Positions 46,609-59,113 of a DNA stretch of 64,000 nucleotides are shown piece after piece. Position 1 is the stretch's first letter, and every line of letters starts with the position of its first letter. Made by a program: the position numbers and the translations under genes. Source of the DNA: Felis catus. Taxonomy: Eukaryota. The notes below the pieces were generated by a model, which saw nothing but the letters and a program-made list of their open reading frames with translations, was not told the DNA's origin and did not search any database. The stretch covers positions 136,586,001-136,650,000 of the forward strand of contig NC_058374.1 of the NCBI RefSeq assembly GCF_018350175.1. The letters run 5' to 3'.

Positions 46609-46747
46609 CCCGGCCCACGGGCAGGGCCTCGGCGTTGCAGCACTGGTCCACCAGCTGGTGGCAGTGCTCGCTCAGGGCCTCCAGCTGCGCCTTGTCACAG
46701 GACACCCCCAGGAATCTGGCCAGCTGCTCCACCATCGTCACCAGGTC
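46609..46747 (-). CDS. SULT4A1: SULT4A1 coding exon 6 (139 nt)
   Basis: DLVTMVEQLARFLGVSCDKAQLEALSEHCHQLVDQCCNAEALPVGR+G; ttccag|GAC ... CGGG|gtacgc. Confidence 0.98.
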
Positions 46748-48497
46748 CTGGAATACAAGAGCAGAGAGCAGGGGGCCCGTCAGAGGCAGCGCCTTTGCTG
46801 ACCGAGCGCTCTGGGCCGATCACTCGCCAGGTGCTCTGTTCACACTTCCTAACTTAGTCCTCGAGACAAACCTGATGTTGGCCTGGTCTGGAAGTTAAAG
46901 CCAGGTTAAGAGATTGCCTGAGGGTGCCTGGCTCTCAAGGGGCCGAGCCGGAACTCAAACCCCAGTCGTCTGGGGCACCTGGAGCAGGCGCGAGGTCCTG
47001 GTATCGCGGTGGTCATTTTAAAACAGCACCAAGACAGGAAAACTCAGTTCAGAACCGTGCCAGGAGCCAGACCAGCAGACTCTCCCCTTCCCCTTCCGTC
47101 CACGCAATCAGCTGGAATCAGCTGGGAGAACAAGGTGGCACCTATGGCCCCCAGACAGGCCCCAGGGCCAGCCCCCCTCGCCAGGCAGGAGGAGCTGGCT
47201 TGGAGTAAAGATTCAGTTACGCCCGACTCCATGGACGGAAGCCCATCTCTGGCCCCAACGCTCCTCGCTTCTGGACAGTGACACTGTTAGCGACACAGCC
47301 TGGGTCTCCGGAGGGGCACGCACAGCCCCTCCCCATCACTGCCACTGTCTCCCTGGGAAATACCAAGGCACCGCATGGTCTCAATCTGTGCATGGCCAAA
47401 TGCGCCCAGAACCCTGACCTGTCACCAGGCAGTCTCCAGGCTCCGCCAGCGTCCAAGTCCCGAGTTAGGAAAATGCTGGAGGCTGTTGCCTCCTTGATGG
47501 TTTATAAAGCATCACCACATTAAGGCCTCTGAGAAGGCCTGGGTAAAGAAACCCATTAAGTTTCTTTGACGCGGTATTTTGTAAACCTTAAAGAAAGAAA
47601 GGGTTCTGGGAGAGCTGGATTGAGTGTCAGCTCCTCTCTGGATTCCCAGGGTATTCCCCACTGGGCCCTGCGTCCTGCCCTCGCAGCTGACCCCCGGGGC
47701 AGGGGCTCCAACCAGGCAGGGGCTCCGACGCTCGGCTCCAAGCCCCGTGTGCAGGGCTCGGCCAGGATCGGAGCACACGAGACGTGAGAAGGAAACGGAC
47801 TAGAAAGAGCTCCCCTCACTTGCCCTGCCACGCGGTAGCTCTAACTGAAAGGAAAAAAACAGCAACGGAGATTAGAGACAGCAGGCCCTCGGGGGAGACA
47901 CCACAGGAGAGGGACTCGACAGAATCCAGGTGGGGACAACATCCGCCCGGCGGCGGAAGGTGCGGCCGCCTGCCACGAGCCGGCTCCCCGGTTATGAGAC
48001 CGAGCCGTGCGGGCAGGCAGCGTCCCCACCGTGGGCCAGCTCTGGACGGCTGGCAGGGCTTCCCGAGCTCACTGCCCGCCCGCGAATTAGCGTGTCTGGT
48101 CCGCCGGTCACAGTCGAGACTGCTCACCTGTGGCTGGTGAGACCACCCCACCGATGACGACGGCAGGATTTGTGGGTTGACACGCTGGGGCAGCCGGCTG
48201 GGCGTCCGGCTCGCGGGCACAGCCCCCGGCGCCGGGGGGAGACGCAGAAGCCCCTGGGGGAGCGCACAGGGCAGAGAGAGCTCGGCTGCTAAGTATTCCC
48301 ACCCAAGACGAGAACACGCCAGGCCCGTCCACGCTCCTGGAGCCCGATGACGTGCACCTGGGGCTGTTTTTTTTGGCGTAAGATGCAAACCACGTGAATT
48401 CCTAAAAATGTGACAGTTCTCTAATCTCTATTAGAGACATCCAGACCCTTACTGAGGTTTCTGAAAAAAGAGTAAGCGGTAGAAGTGAGGCCCTTGG

Positions 48498-48704
48498 GGG
48501 GCGCCCGGGGGGCTCAGTCGGTTGAGCGTCCAGCTTCACCTCAGGTCATGATCTCACAGCTCGTGAGTTTGAGCCCCGCGTCGGGCTCTGTGCTGACAGC
48601 TCGGAGCCTGGAGCCTGCTTCGGATTCTGTGTCTCCCTCTCTCTACTCCACCCCCACTCATGCTCTGTCTCAAAAATAAAATAAAAACATTAAAAAAAAA
48701 AAAA
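48498..48704 (+). mobile_element. CAN-SINE in SULT4A1 intron 5 (antisense to the gene)
   Basis: 15-bp TSD aagtgaggcccttgg at 48483-48497 and 48705-48719. Confidence 0.95.
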
Positions 48705-49199
48705 AAGTGAGGCCCTTGGCCACAGTAAATGCCATTTGGTTCCTCTGGCATTGGGAATGTGAGTCCCAGCTGAGAGGGGTGCAGGCAGGGCTGGGGGTCT
48801 GAGCTTCTTGCTGAGGAGGCCAGTGAGGCACGGCAGGAACCCTCACCTTTCAGGGCCTGGAACGAAGCCAGAGAAGCCAGGCACAGGTCTGTGGTGTAGC
48901 TGCTAAGTTATGTACGTGCTACGTCCCATTCCGTCATGGTTTAGTAACTAAAATAATGGTCAAGTTACTCATTGCGGAGTCACCCGAGGCTCCGGGAAGC
49001 CGCTGTCCGGGCCCTTGTGCGTGTGCACACAGCTGAACGGGCTCGGGGTTTCTCCTTGCACACCAGGCCTGTGGTGTGGGAGTGCACACCCATGGCACAG
49101 GCGGGCGCGAAGCACTCTGTGGAGCCGGCATGCCTAGTGCCCCCCCCCCCACCCCGCTCCCGGGTCGGTGCCCAGAGGAAACGAAAGCTTCTGTCTGCC

Positions 49200-49640
49200 G
49201 AGACACAAGCACGTTCACAGGACGTTATTATTCCTAACCACTGCAAATGGAAGCAACCCGAACGCCCGGCAACACCGGATGGCGAAACGAGTTGTGGCGT
49301 CTGGCGTGTCCCTGCCGCAACGGAAAACCACACCAACGGAGAACCAGCCTGCCCCACGAGGCACTGCCGAAGCTCAAAGCGTTACGCTGAGCAAAGGAAG
49401 GCAGACACCCGCGTATGTGCCACAGGACTCCGTTCATGGGAGGCTCAAAAACAAGCAGAATTAGCCGGAACCGACAGAGATAGAAGACTGGTCACCAACG
49501 GGAAGCAGAGGTGTTGACTGGAAAAAGCTAGAATGTTCTGGATCCCGATCTAGGTGATGATTACACAGACGTATGTGCGTAAAAAAAATCTATCAAGCTG
49601 TGGACATGTGATTTGTATACTGGACCGTATGCACTACACC
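49200..49640 (+). mobile_element. Highly GC-shifted old L1M 3' fragment in SULT4A1 intron 5
   Basis: Alignable by eye to the L1 3' consensus (gttcacag..ttatt..ggaagcaaccc..gctgagcaaaggaaggcagaca). Confidence 0.6.
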
Positions 49641-52600
49641 TCCCTAAGATGTGAAAAAAGAACAATGACGGACATTCGCCGAGTGCTACTGACCTCCCGT
49701 GCGTGAGGCCCTGCTCGAAGATGATGCCGCCTGTGATCCTCTTATAACCCTGTGACGGAGGAGCGGTCTCATCTCCCGGCTTACGGGGCCCGGACAGGCC
49801 TCGACAAGAGCGGGTCCCACACCCAGGTCGGCACCAGGGAGAGGAGGGAGTCGGCTCCCGGAGGCCCCCCTCCCAGGCCTGCAGCCATCCGTAGACGCCT
49901 GGGCCTGGGAGACATGTGACGGCCTTGCTCACGTCTGGTGGTCGGGCAGGGCTGGCGGCTGGGCCACCATTCTTCTCCCCCGGCGTCGCCAGTGGGACGC
50001 TCGGGCATCTCACACGACGTCTACGAGGGCCAGCCCAGCACGTGAGCCCTCCCCCAGCTCCTGAGAGCGGCGTGCCCGGCCAGGCCTCCAAATTCGCATG
50101 GCCCGGCCCGGTGTCGGCATGGGAGGCTGCAGGAGGGCACAGACACTGGAGGCAGGACTCACGAGGGCCCCACGCCACCTGTTCCCCTTCTTGAGCTCGA
50201 GTCACGTGGCCTCCTGCTCGTGGCATCCCTGCTGGCCGTCCTGCGGTCCCCTCAAGTTCAACAAGGCCAAAAGCGAGCTGCCTCTTCATGCAGAGCCTGC
50301 TCCTCCTTCCGTGTTTCCAGTCAGATCTCTGTAGGATCAAGGCCAAATTCCACACCGTGCCCTGCCTAGCTTACCTAGTGTCACTGAGTCCCCTCCCAGT
50401 GCCTGTCCCCATCCCCACCACCAGGAACCACGTGGACTCTCCACATGAACTCTTTCGCCTGAGCCGTGGCCTTGGTCAGGACGCCGGGCTGCTCTGCCTG
50501 GAGCCGCCCTCCCAGGCTCGCTCGCTCGCTCACCGTCCCCTCATGGAGCCTGCGGCAGCCCACCCCAGGCGAGCCCCTCGATCCCTGGGCCTCCGGCTTC
50601 TTAACAAGGAGGAAGGGCTTCTGCCGCGAAGGCCACGTTTCCATCCACAAATGCGTCCTGAGAACTGTCACGCATCAGGCACGGACGTAAAAGCAGAAAT
50701 AGGCACCGAAACTCCCAGCCCCGGTGGAGCTCACTCTGGTAGGGGAGACGGTGAGCAAAACACAGACACAGGTGACAAAGCACGGGGCGAAAGGGCGGAC
50801 GCTGTGGATGGGGAGGGGCCGATTCAAGCGGGCATCGGGGGAAGCGTCACCAATGGCAACAGAGACCCAAAGAAGTGAGGGAGCGACCCACGCAGGTGGG
50901 GGATCGGACAACGTTCCAGGCAGGGCCACAGCAAACAAAGCCCCTGAAACAGAAGCCGGCCCCGCAGGTGGCAAGAACAACAAGCAGCCAGTGCGGAGCC
51001 AGACGCCCAGGCACCGGGCCGCTGAGTGAGACCTGACCTGCTCCCAGAGCGACGTGCGGCCGGAGGAGCACAATCTGACGGGCGCGCGCACCGTCAGAGC
51101 AGCCGCCGTGCTGCAGTCACACAGGGCGCGGGCCTGGGGGACACAGGGAGGCCGCCCGGGAGGCCGCGCGAGTGATGACCTAGGCTGGAAGTGATGCTGA
51201 CCTGGACCACGGAGACTGGGGGCCGAGTGGTCAGATAGGGGCATATTGGGAAAAGAGAGGCCACGGGATTGGGAAGAGGGACACGAGGTGCGACGGGAAG
51301 TCAGAAGTTAAGGGTGACTCACGACTTTCACCTCAGGGACACAGATGGACCTGGCCGCCACGATCTCGCACAGAGGAGCTGCGGAGGATTTGAGGGGAAA
51401 CCTGCAGTCTGGTGAGACTCCCCAGGCAGCCCTTCAGGGAGAAAGGTGCAGGGCGGCCAGTGGAGAGCGAGGGCGGGGAGGGTCCACGTCTGGCGGGCGG
51501 TCACCAGGGGAGGGAGCAGGGATGGCAAGAGACGAGAGCCCGGCCCGAGGCCCGAGGCCCGGGCGTACCACCGAGCACCCGGGAAGACAGCAGCCAGGGA
51601 CACGGGACCGTGGGGCGTCCTGAGTGCCAGGGGGAGGGGGCGATCGCTGGTCACCTGCCGCCAGGAGGTCGCGCGGGACGACGTGGACGGAGACCGCGGG
51701 GCTGAGCCGTGTGGCGGACACAGGTGACCCTGACAGAGCAGCGTGGGGGTACAGGGGCGAGCCCAGCCAGAGCGGGCTCAGGAGGGGTGACAACTGTGAG
51801 GGGACCTGCGGCAAAGCGGAGCAGAGGAGCCAGGGAGGGAAGGGGCTTAGGGCAGGCTCGCCTTTCGTCCGTCCTAAAAAGGGGGAGCCGTCCAAACGTC
51901 CCTCCAGAGACGACGCGGCCCCAACAGAGAGGATAACGGCGTTCTAGAAGTAAGTGAGCCAACACACGTGCAAAGAACTTTGGATAAAACTCAGCACACG
52001 GTAAGGCCGTTAAAAATGTTAACGGCAGCGATGATGCGACACATGACTACGTGACGCGTGACACGGCAGGCCCTCCTTCCATTCGGCAAGCCCTCCAGGG
52101 CACAGGCACATCTCGCCTTCAACTGTTCCCACGCCACGGCGGAGCCCGGAACGTTCAGGCAACAACCACCTAGTGCCATTTCCTCCTCCACACCCGGTGT
52201 CGGGCACTCAGAAGCCCTCGCCCTGGGAGCCGCCGTGTCAGCCATCTGAGCGCTGCCCCTCTGAGGCAATCAGGCCACGAGAGACGAGAAATTCGGGCTC
52301 TGCCGTCTCAGCCCTTCTCCCCCCGTCACCTGTGGAGCGGGTGCCAGGAGGCAGCAGGGCGAGTCTGGCCGTCACCCTGCTCCCCCGGCCACGGCAGGCA
52401 AATCACGGACGGGGCTTTGTGAAGTGCACACCGTCCAACCCAGAAACTGCCCTTGGGGCCCGGGCCTGGGGGACGAGGGCAGGGTCCCACGTGCCAGCGC
52501 AGCCTAGAGACCGGTCGCCAGGATTCCGGGCACACCTGGAACACGGGAGTCCCTTCGCCCAGAAGCTGGGGGTCTCGGAGAGGCCGGGCCGCACGCTCCG

Positions 52601-52701
52601 GTCACGGCCGCCACGGCATTCAAGGGGCAGGCGGGCTCCTGCGGCAGGAGCCCAGGGGCGCAAGGCGCCAAGCCCGCGGCAGCCGCCCGCCCAGCACTCA
52701 C

Positions 52702-52796
52702 CCGGTGCATGTCTTCATACTTGAGGAAAAGCACGTTCGAGTCCATGCGGTGCTCCCAGAACTCCTGCACGTGCTCAAACCAGGAGCCGTAACCCA
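52702..52796 (-). CDS. SULT4A1: SULT4A1 coding exon 5 (95 nt)
   Basis: (L)GYGSWFEHVQEFWEHRMDSNVLFLKYEDMHR; ccgcag|TG ... CGG|gtgagt. Confidence 0.98.
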
Positions 52797-55793
52797 CTGC
52801 GGAGACAAGGAGACAGGTGAAATCACAGCCCCGGGGGAACCAACGTGCACAAGTGGGGTGGCCTGGCTCCCTGCCTTCCGGGAGGTTCCGCTCTTACTGG
52901 CCAACAGCTGTGGCCCAGGAAGGGGAGAACGAGCTCTCAGCTCCGGGGGCAGTCCCCCAGGTGAGCCCCTTCTCGAGTCCCAGACCCCCGGCTTTGTGTG
53001 CCAGTCTCTCCTGCCAACGGTCCTCGGCCCCTCCCCTCCCCCACCCCTGGACGCCCTGAAGACCTGACCACCAGGGACAAAGCCTCTGCTCAGCAGCGGG
53101 AAGGACGCTACCGGGCTCCCACGAGTTTCTGTTTAACACGAGGTCACCAGGAAGGGAGCCACGCCCGGCGCGATGGAGACACGCGGCCGGTCGGTTCCGC
53201 CGGGGGCAGGACAAAGTAGAGGCAGCTCTAAGAGCCGAGCGCGAGGCCCCGCCAGGCCAGAGGCCCACGGGCACAATGCCGGGCAGAACCAGGAAGTCGC
53301 CGGGAGCAGGAGGGCCAGCGTGCACTGACACACGAGGCCCACGCCCCACACCACAGCCCCCGCACTTTCCACACCCCTCAGGGCTTTGGTTTGCCACATG
53401 GGCAGGTGGGGGGCGGCTGCCAGTCCGTGCGGCCCCACTGCTTCGAAATGTTCTGTATAAACACCACGGATCCTCACCCGCTCCCTCAGCGAGAGGAGTC
53501 TTCCCGGGGGCCTTCCGTGTTAAATGGAGGAAGGCCTCAGCCAGAGAACTCGGGGCCCTGCCAGGCACCAAGGAGCAGCCCGGCCGGGTGCTAGGCGCCA
53601 GCCAGGAGCGCTGGCCACACTGCCCGTAGCCCTGCTCCCCCCGGGTGCCCATCCATCCCACAAACACTGGGCCCGTGGATCCCGCTTCTTGGGCTCAAAT
53701 TGCTCCCAGCCTGTCTGGAGTCACCAAGAAGACTGGCGGCGAAGATACAAGCGACCGACACTGAGAGGGAGGCACTGTGACACGAGGCGCCCCGTCCCTC
53801 ATGGGGACAGACCCGGGAGGGTGCATTAGGGCTGTGAATGGACTTAAAGGTGTAAGGACAGGAAGGCCATCAAGGTGGCTCAGAGCACAAGGTCAGACGG
53901 GACAGAGGGGGCACAGCGGAATGGCAAAGGACACGCCCCAGGTGAGGCGGCCCGGCCTCAGATCCCACGCCAGCTGTGTGACCGGGGCAGGCCGCTCAGC
54001 CTTTCTGAGCCTCGTCCTCCAGAAGCGGGGTGACAGCAGGACCTATAGGGCAGCCAGCAGCCAGCACAGTGAGAACACCCACGTAATGCTCGCGGCCCCA
54101 GGGCCTGTTGGGGGGAAAGCACCGACTTGTTCCCTCTGGTCCTGCGCAGACTGGGACTGCCGAGGGACACGGAGGCCAGGGGTTGGCAGGGGACTGCTCC
54201 TGTCCCTGTCAGAGTCACACCTCAAGCAGGAACGCAGCCTCCACCCCCCACGTTGCAGAAAACCTCACGGATTTAAGTGCGTGACAGGCTGGGAAAACCC
54301 ATTCCTGCCACGCCCAGCCAGCCCGGGGCCATGACGTCAGTCTGCCGTCTCGCCAGCAGGTGGCAGCACAGCAGCAGCCTGGCCCCACACTTAAAGAGCG
54401 TCCGGAGGGAGCTGGAGTCCATCAGGGGTCACTGAGGGGTGGCCCGAAGGACCAGATCCCAAGGGAAAAGCTTGGGCCTTTCCCAGGGGCTCCGGCAGGG
54501 GTCGGGGTTAGAGGCAGAGAAGACAGAACAAAGCGAACATGGATTCAGCCAAAAGGCCTTGTTAGGGACCCACCGTGGGTTAAATCCTAGCCCGCTAGGG
54601 CCTCGGTCTCCTCACTGCAGAGGTCTAGCTGCTGGGCCCGGGGTCCCCCCGGCATGCCTCCCACGGCCAGCCCGGCACATCCCACCCACCCCATACACAG
54701 CAGGCCGGCCTTAAAAGGCAGGCCAGCCTTCCCACTTGAGAGGACGAGGCAGAGTCCAGAGAAGGGAACAAGGACCAACTCACCAACGGGCTAATAATAA
54801 GCACGGGGGCCCCGAGAGGAGAACCCGCCTCCCGGGTCACTGCCCGCGCTGGCACACAGTTCAGGTGACCTGAGTCCGGGGACAGAGCAGGAGTCCAACA
54901 GTCATGAACAGAGAAGGCAAGAAAAATCCCTGTCATCCCAAGGGGCTGTGTGAGAAAAGTTGCAGAGCAGGCAAGCAATGCCCATGGGGGGTGATGTGGG
55001 GACTGAACAGGAGGGGTGACGTGGGGACGGTGAGGACAGTGGTCACTGCACATAAGAACAGGCGGCAGGGACAGTGAGAGATGGGGACAGCGGTCACTCA
55101 CACAGGGCCGATGATCACAAGGACAGCACATGCCTGTGTCTCTCCCAGCCCCGGTTAGCAGGTGCAGAGAGGGGACAGACCCTGATGGCGGGGACACTGC
55201 TTTTCCCACTCGGGCTGTGCCACCCTGGGAAGGAAGCTCCACCAGGGCACCTCTCTGCCTCTCCCCACCGTGTTCCCTCCATTCCTGGAAGTCAACGTGC
55301 TCATCCAAGCAGATCAGCTGGGAGAAGAGCAGCTCACTCTCCCCACTCTGCGTGAGTGACCCTGCCCGCGGGACGGGCCTCCACGCTCCGTCACCTGGCA
55401 TGCGGCCCCAGGCACCCCCACCCCGAGTGCACAAGCCTCAACACCCGTACGCAGGGCTCTGGAAGCAGGTCCTCTAAGGTCACTCTATTAGCAAACGGTG
55501 CCCGGCCACGGCTTCTTCTGCACTGTATTCTTCAAATTCTTTGGAACCTCACACAGAGAGGACAGCGCAAGCCTCCGAGGGCCCCAGATGACGTGCGCTG
55601 GCTGCCAGCAATGGGAGAACAGAGAGGACGTTGGGGGGCTAAGTACACGTGGCGGGAGACTCTGGTGGGATCGCAGCAACTGTGTGTGGCCTTGAACTGC
55701 AGTGTCGGGCCGTGCCGTGACCTTAAAAACTCGGGAACACCTGTATCGGGGTAACTTTTAACCACCCTGGCCCAAGCAGGAGCTAATTTAAGA

Positions 55794-55812
55794 CCGACAC
55801 CAGGTGGCAGTC
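55794..55812 (+). promoter_or_regulatory. Candidate CTCF site in SULT4A1 intron 4
   Basis: ACACCAGGTGGCAGTC versus core CCASYAGRKGGCRS: one mismatch. Confidence 0.5.
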
Positions 55813-57119
55813 AGAAGCTGGTGGACGCCTATCCACGGGATGCTGTCGCCATGCGGGTGGCTGCTTCTCTAGAGGCAGCGGAACATGCTGGGACTTAAGG
55901 ACATGGTTTGGAAACCACACTAAATGGCTTACTCCAAACGCCTGGCAGACCGTAAGGACCTGAGCCAGACGGCAGGCAGGCCGGGGGGTGGGGGAGGAGG
56001 CTGGGCAGAGGGTCTTTCGTGGACTCCAGGGATTTTGGGGCAAGTGCAGTGGCCACCTCCCCCGCGCCCACCCCCAGCAGAGCTGGAGCAGATTCCGAGC
56101 AGCTCCGGGCTCCAGGCTCCGGGCACCGAGGGCCACGTGTGCTCCACTGCACCCGTGAGGGGCCGGCCTTCCAAGAGGCTTGTGAGGGAGCTCCGGTTCA
56201 GCTGCCCGGGACTTATTTGGGACACGACATTCCTGATTTCCCCCGTGCACCTCACCCTGGTCTTGTCCCATAATCACAGTGCAGAACCTCTGACTGGGCC
56301 ACACAAGCGGACAGCGAGGCTGAGCGCTGAGACGGGAGACGGGAAATAAAATGAGAAGTGTATCTTCAGACTCGGGTATGGAATCGTCTGGGCCCGGATC
56401 TAACTGAAGTACTGATGTGGCCCATCTCCAGCCTTCCGGGTGCAAACCCGCACTGAACTCCCACTCTTGGTCCCGGAACGGTCCCCGGAGAGGCCACGGA
56501 CGGCAACAGGAGAGCCACCTCGGGCAGGGGCTGCCGACTCCACGGACAAGACCCCAGTGCAGTGGGTGTGGCCCGGGCTCTCCGGCCCCGGGGAGTGGGG
56601 GGGGGGGGGGGGCATATAGAAGGGCCCCTGGCAAGCTGGGCCCCCCAGCTTGACTCCTCCCTCCCCAGACGAGCTCCTGTACAGAGCACGGCCTGCCCTT
56701 AACCCAAAGCAGGCCCCGGTCACACAGCCGGGAGCTGGGGGCCCAAGCCTGCCTGCCCCATCCTCCAGGGCAGCTGAAGGCCCACGAAGCCACAGTCCCC
56801 ACTCGGGCCTCTGTCCCCGACAGCAGGACTATCTGGGCCTCCGTTTCTACTGTTCAAAATCCCGGCAGGAAGAGACACGCTTTTACCTGGGGAAGTTCTC
56901 GGGACGCCAACGACGTGCTGAGAGAGACGGGGTTCTGAGCTGGAAGCCCCGGCTGCCGCCCTGGTGAGCTTCCCCCACCCCGGCCCCGCTCCTCCGCCCG
57001 TGGGCAGGAAAGCAGGCCCAACCCACGCGGTTATCGTGGGGACCGGGGGCATCGTGCACGAGGCACACGCATGCACGGGCGACGAGGGAGCCACTGATGG
57101 CACCGGCCGACACACTTAC

Positions 57120-57246
57120 GCTTGTCGTTCATGAACCTCCGGCAGAACTCCTGGAAAGTGCCCCGGTAGCTCATGGTCCGCAGGGAGCGGTGGAACTGGT
57201 AGTAGGACACCACCAGGTCCTTGGGGTTCCGAGCCATGTATATGAC
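57120..57246 (-). CDS. SULT4A1: SULT4A1 coding exon 4 (127 nt), 3'-phosphate-binding motif
   Basis: VIYMARNPKDLVVSYYQFHRSLRTMSYRGTFQEFCRRFMNDK; ccacag|GTC ... AAGC|gtaagt. Confidence 0.98.
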
Positions 57247-57753
57247 CTGTGGCGGGAGGGAGGGACGGCTCGGTCGCTGCTCCTCGGAGCCACCGCACAG
57301 ACGCCCCACCCCCCACCCCAAGATCAGCCCCGCTCCAGCCGAGGACACCCGCCCCCTTCAACGGCATCTGTGTTACATTTCCGTCCTGCACCATGACTCC
57401 AAAGGGACTGGAGGACAGAACCAGGCCGGTCCGGACACTGCTGATGAGAATCAGAAGCGTCACGAACCGAGCACACCGAGAAAGTGCGGAAAGTCAGAGA
57501 CCGTGAACGCGGCCGTGGGTCCTCGGCCTCACGGGACCAAGGCTGGACCCAGGCTGGTCAAGCCCACGTTCTGCTGCGAGGAAAAGCCTAAATGAGAACC
57601 ACGGATAAAACGCTAGGGACAGGAGCTCAAAGCTGGCCTCCACCGCGTCCTAGCACGCCTGGGCCTCTGGGAACTCAGGACTGGGACCTGAGCCCTACGG
57701 GACGGTCTCTGCTTGCTGGGGGCTCCGCCAGGGAGTGGGGGCAGGAGGGTTAC

Positions 57754-57834
57754 CTTAGAATCGCCATTGTGGAGATCGGAGGGCAGGAAGCGGTAGGGGA
57801 GGTGACTCTTGATGAGGCGAGGCGACGTCAGCTC
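57754..57834 (-). CDS. SULT4A1: SULT4A1 coding exon 3 (81 nt)
   Basis: ELTSPRLIKSHLPYRFLPSDLHNGDSK; ccgcag|GAG ... AAG|gtaacc. Confidence 0.98.
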
Positions 57835-58982
57835 CTGCGGAGGGTCAGAGGGAATAGCGTTCAGAGGACACACGGCTGCTCGCCCGCCTCAGGACCAGCA
57901 GCGCGCCTGACAAACTTCTCACCCGACATCTGGCCACCCTCCAGACCGGACGAGACGTGGTCCCTGTCCTCGGGCACCCACAGTGTGAGCCAAGCTATCA
58001 CGGGCACAGGGGTCTGCTCAGAGGGCCTGCCCGGGCCGTGAAGGGCAGAGAGGAAGCAGGAGGCCGAGGTGCCCAGGGGCGCCTGCTGGACCAATCACAT
58101 CAGCATCGGGCCTTCCTGCTGCTCCCGGAATGTGCCAGGCCCACGCTCCCTGCTGCCCGTCCCAGCGTGCCCGCGTGGCTCCTCTCTTGGGACCTTACTC
58201 AGCCATCCCCCAGAGGTGCCTGCCGTCCTGTGTGCTGTCCCACCTTGTGCCCTATACGGTGCCCTATACGGTATCGCCATTAAACCCCAGGTTCTTGCTC
58301 TTCCTCCCCTCTGGTCTCCCTCGCTAGAATGCAAATTCTCGAAGGGTCATGACAGCCTTGTCCGTTTTGTCCTCGGCTGCACGCCAGGGTCAAAGGCAGG
58401 GCCCCGCAGGTGGTGGGCACGGTGCTACAGAAGGGCTCCACGGAGGAGTCGACACGGGTTGGATCCACGTGGCCAACACTGGGGTGCAGACACCCCGGGG
58501 CAGCTGCGTGAGCACTGGAGGCCAGGGTGCAGGCAGAGACCGGCTCCCACAGGACTCTGGACTTTACTCGGAGAGCAGTGAGAGGAGGGCGGGGCGCACC
58601 CTCGGAGCTGTATTTCAGAATGCTCGTCTGGAGGGAGAACGGACGGGCAGTCCACGCAGGAACCGTGGTCTGGGCTGAGAGGTGACGGACAGGAAGGGAG
58701 GCTCCATCGGAGCACTAGCATGGACTGGACTTCGGGCTACCTCCTCCACTCCCCCGACAGACGGGGTGAGCCACGCTGGGGAGCCCCCTTTCTACCTCGA
58801 AGTCACCCACGACACCCACCGCTCCAACCTCACCGTCACCGCCTACCTCGGGCTCGGGCCTCAGTCTGTCCTGGCTGTCCCCTCTCCCCCCAGCCACGGG
58901 CCCCCTGAGCCCCTCAGGAGCAACTGTCACCCGGGGACCCCAGGGAGCCCCAGGGCCTGGGCGCTGCTGGCCCAGAGAGTAC

Positions 58983-59113
58983 CTTGATGATGTCCAGGCC
59001 CGGCTGCGGGTACTCCAGGACCGGGAGCTGCTCGTCGATGTTCATCAAGCCGATCTCATCAGGGTCGGCCCCCTGGCTCACCACGTAGACCACCTCCTGC
59101 AGCAAGCTGGTGC
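58983..59113 (-). CDS. SULT4A1: Sulfotransferase 4A1, coding exon 2 (131 nt)
   Basis: Translates (G)TSLLQEVVYLVSQGADPDEIGLMNIDEQLPVLEYPQPGLDIIK; acceptor ctccctccag, donor AAG|gtactc; length matches the expected c.170-300. Confidence 0.98.

Noticed and set aside
55549-55569. Possible REST/NRSE site (GGACAGCGC)
   Set aside because: Right half only; no full RE1 found by eye in the window.
56596-56612. Long G/C homopolymers (also about 3660, 16638, 25118, 29126)
   Set aside because: Run lengths are unreliable in a draft assembly; no further support for function.
58249-58272. 12-bp tandem duplication gccctatacggt x2 in SULT4A1 intron 2
   Set aside because: Ordinary slippage duplication with no motif or splice consequence; useful at most as a marker.
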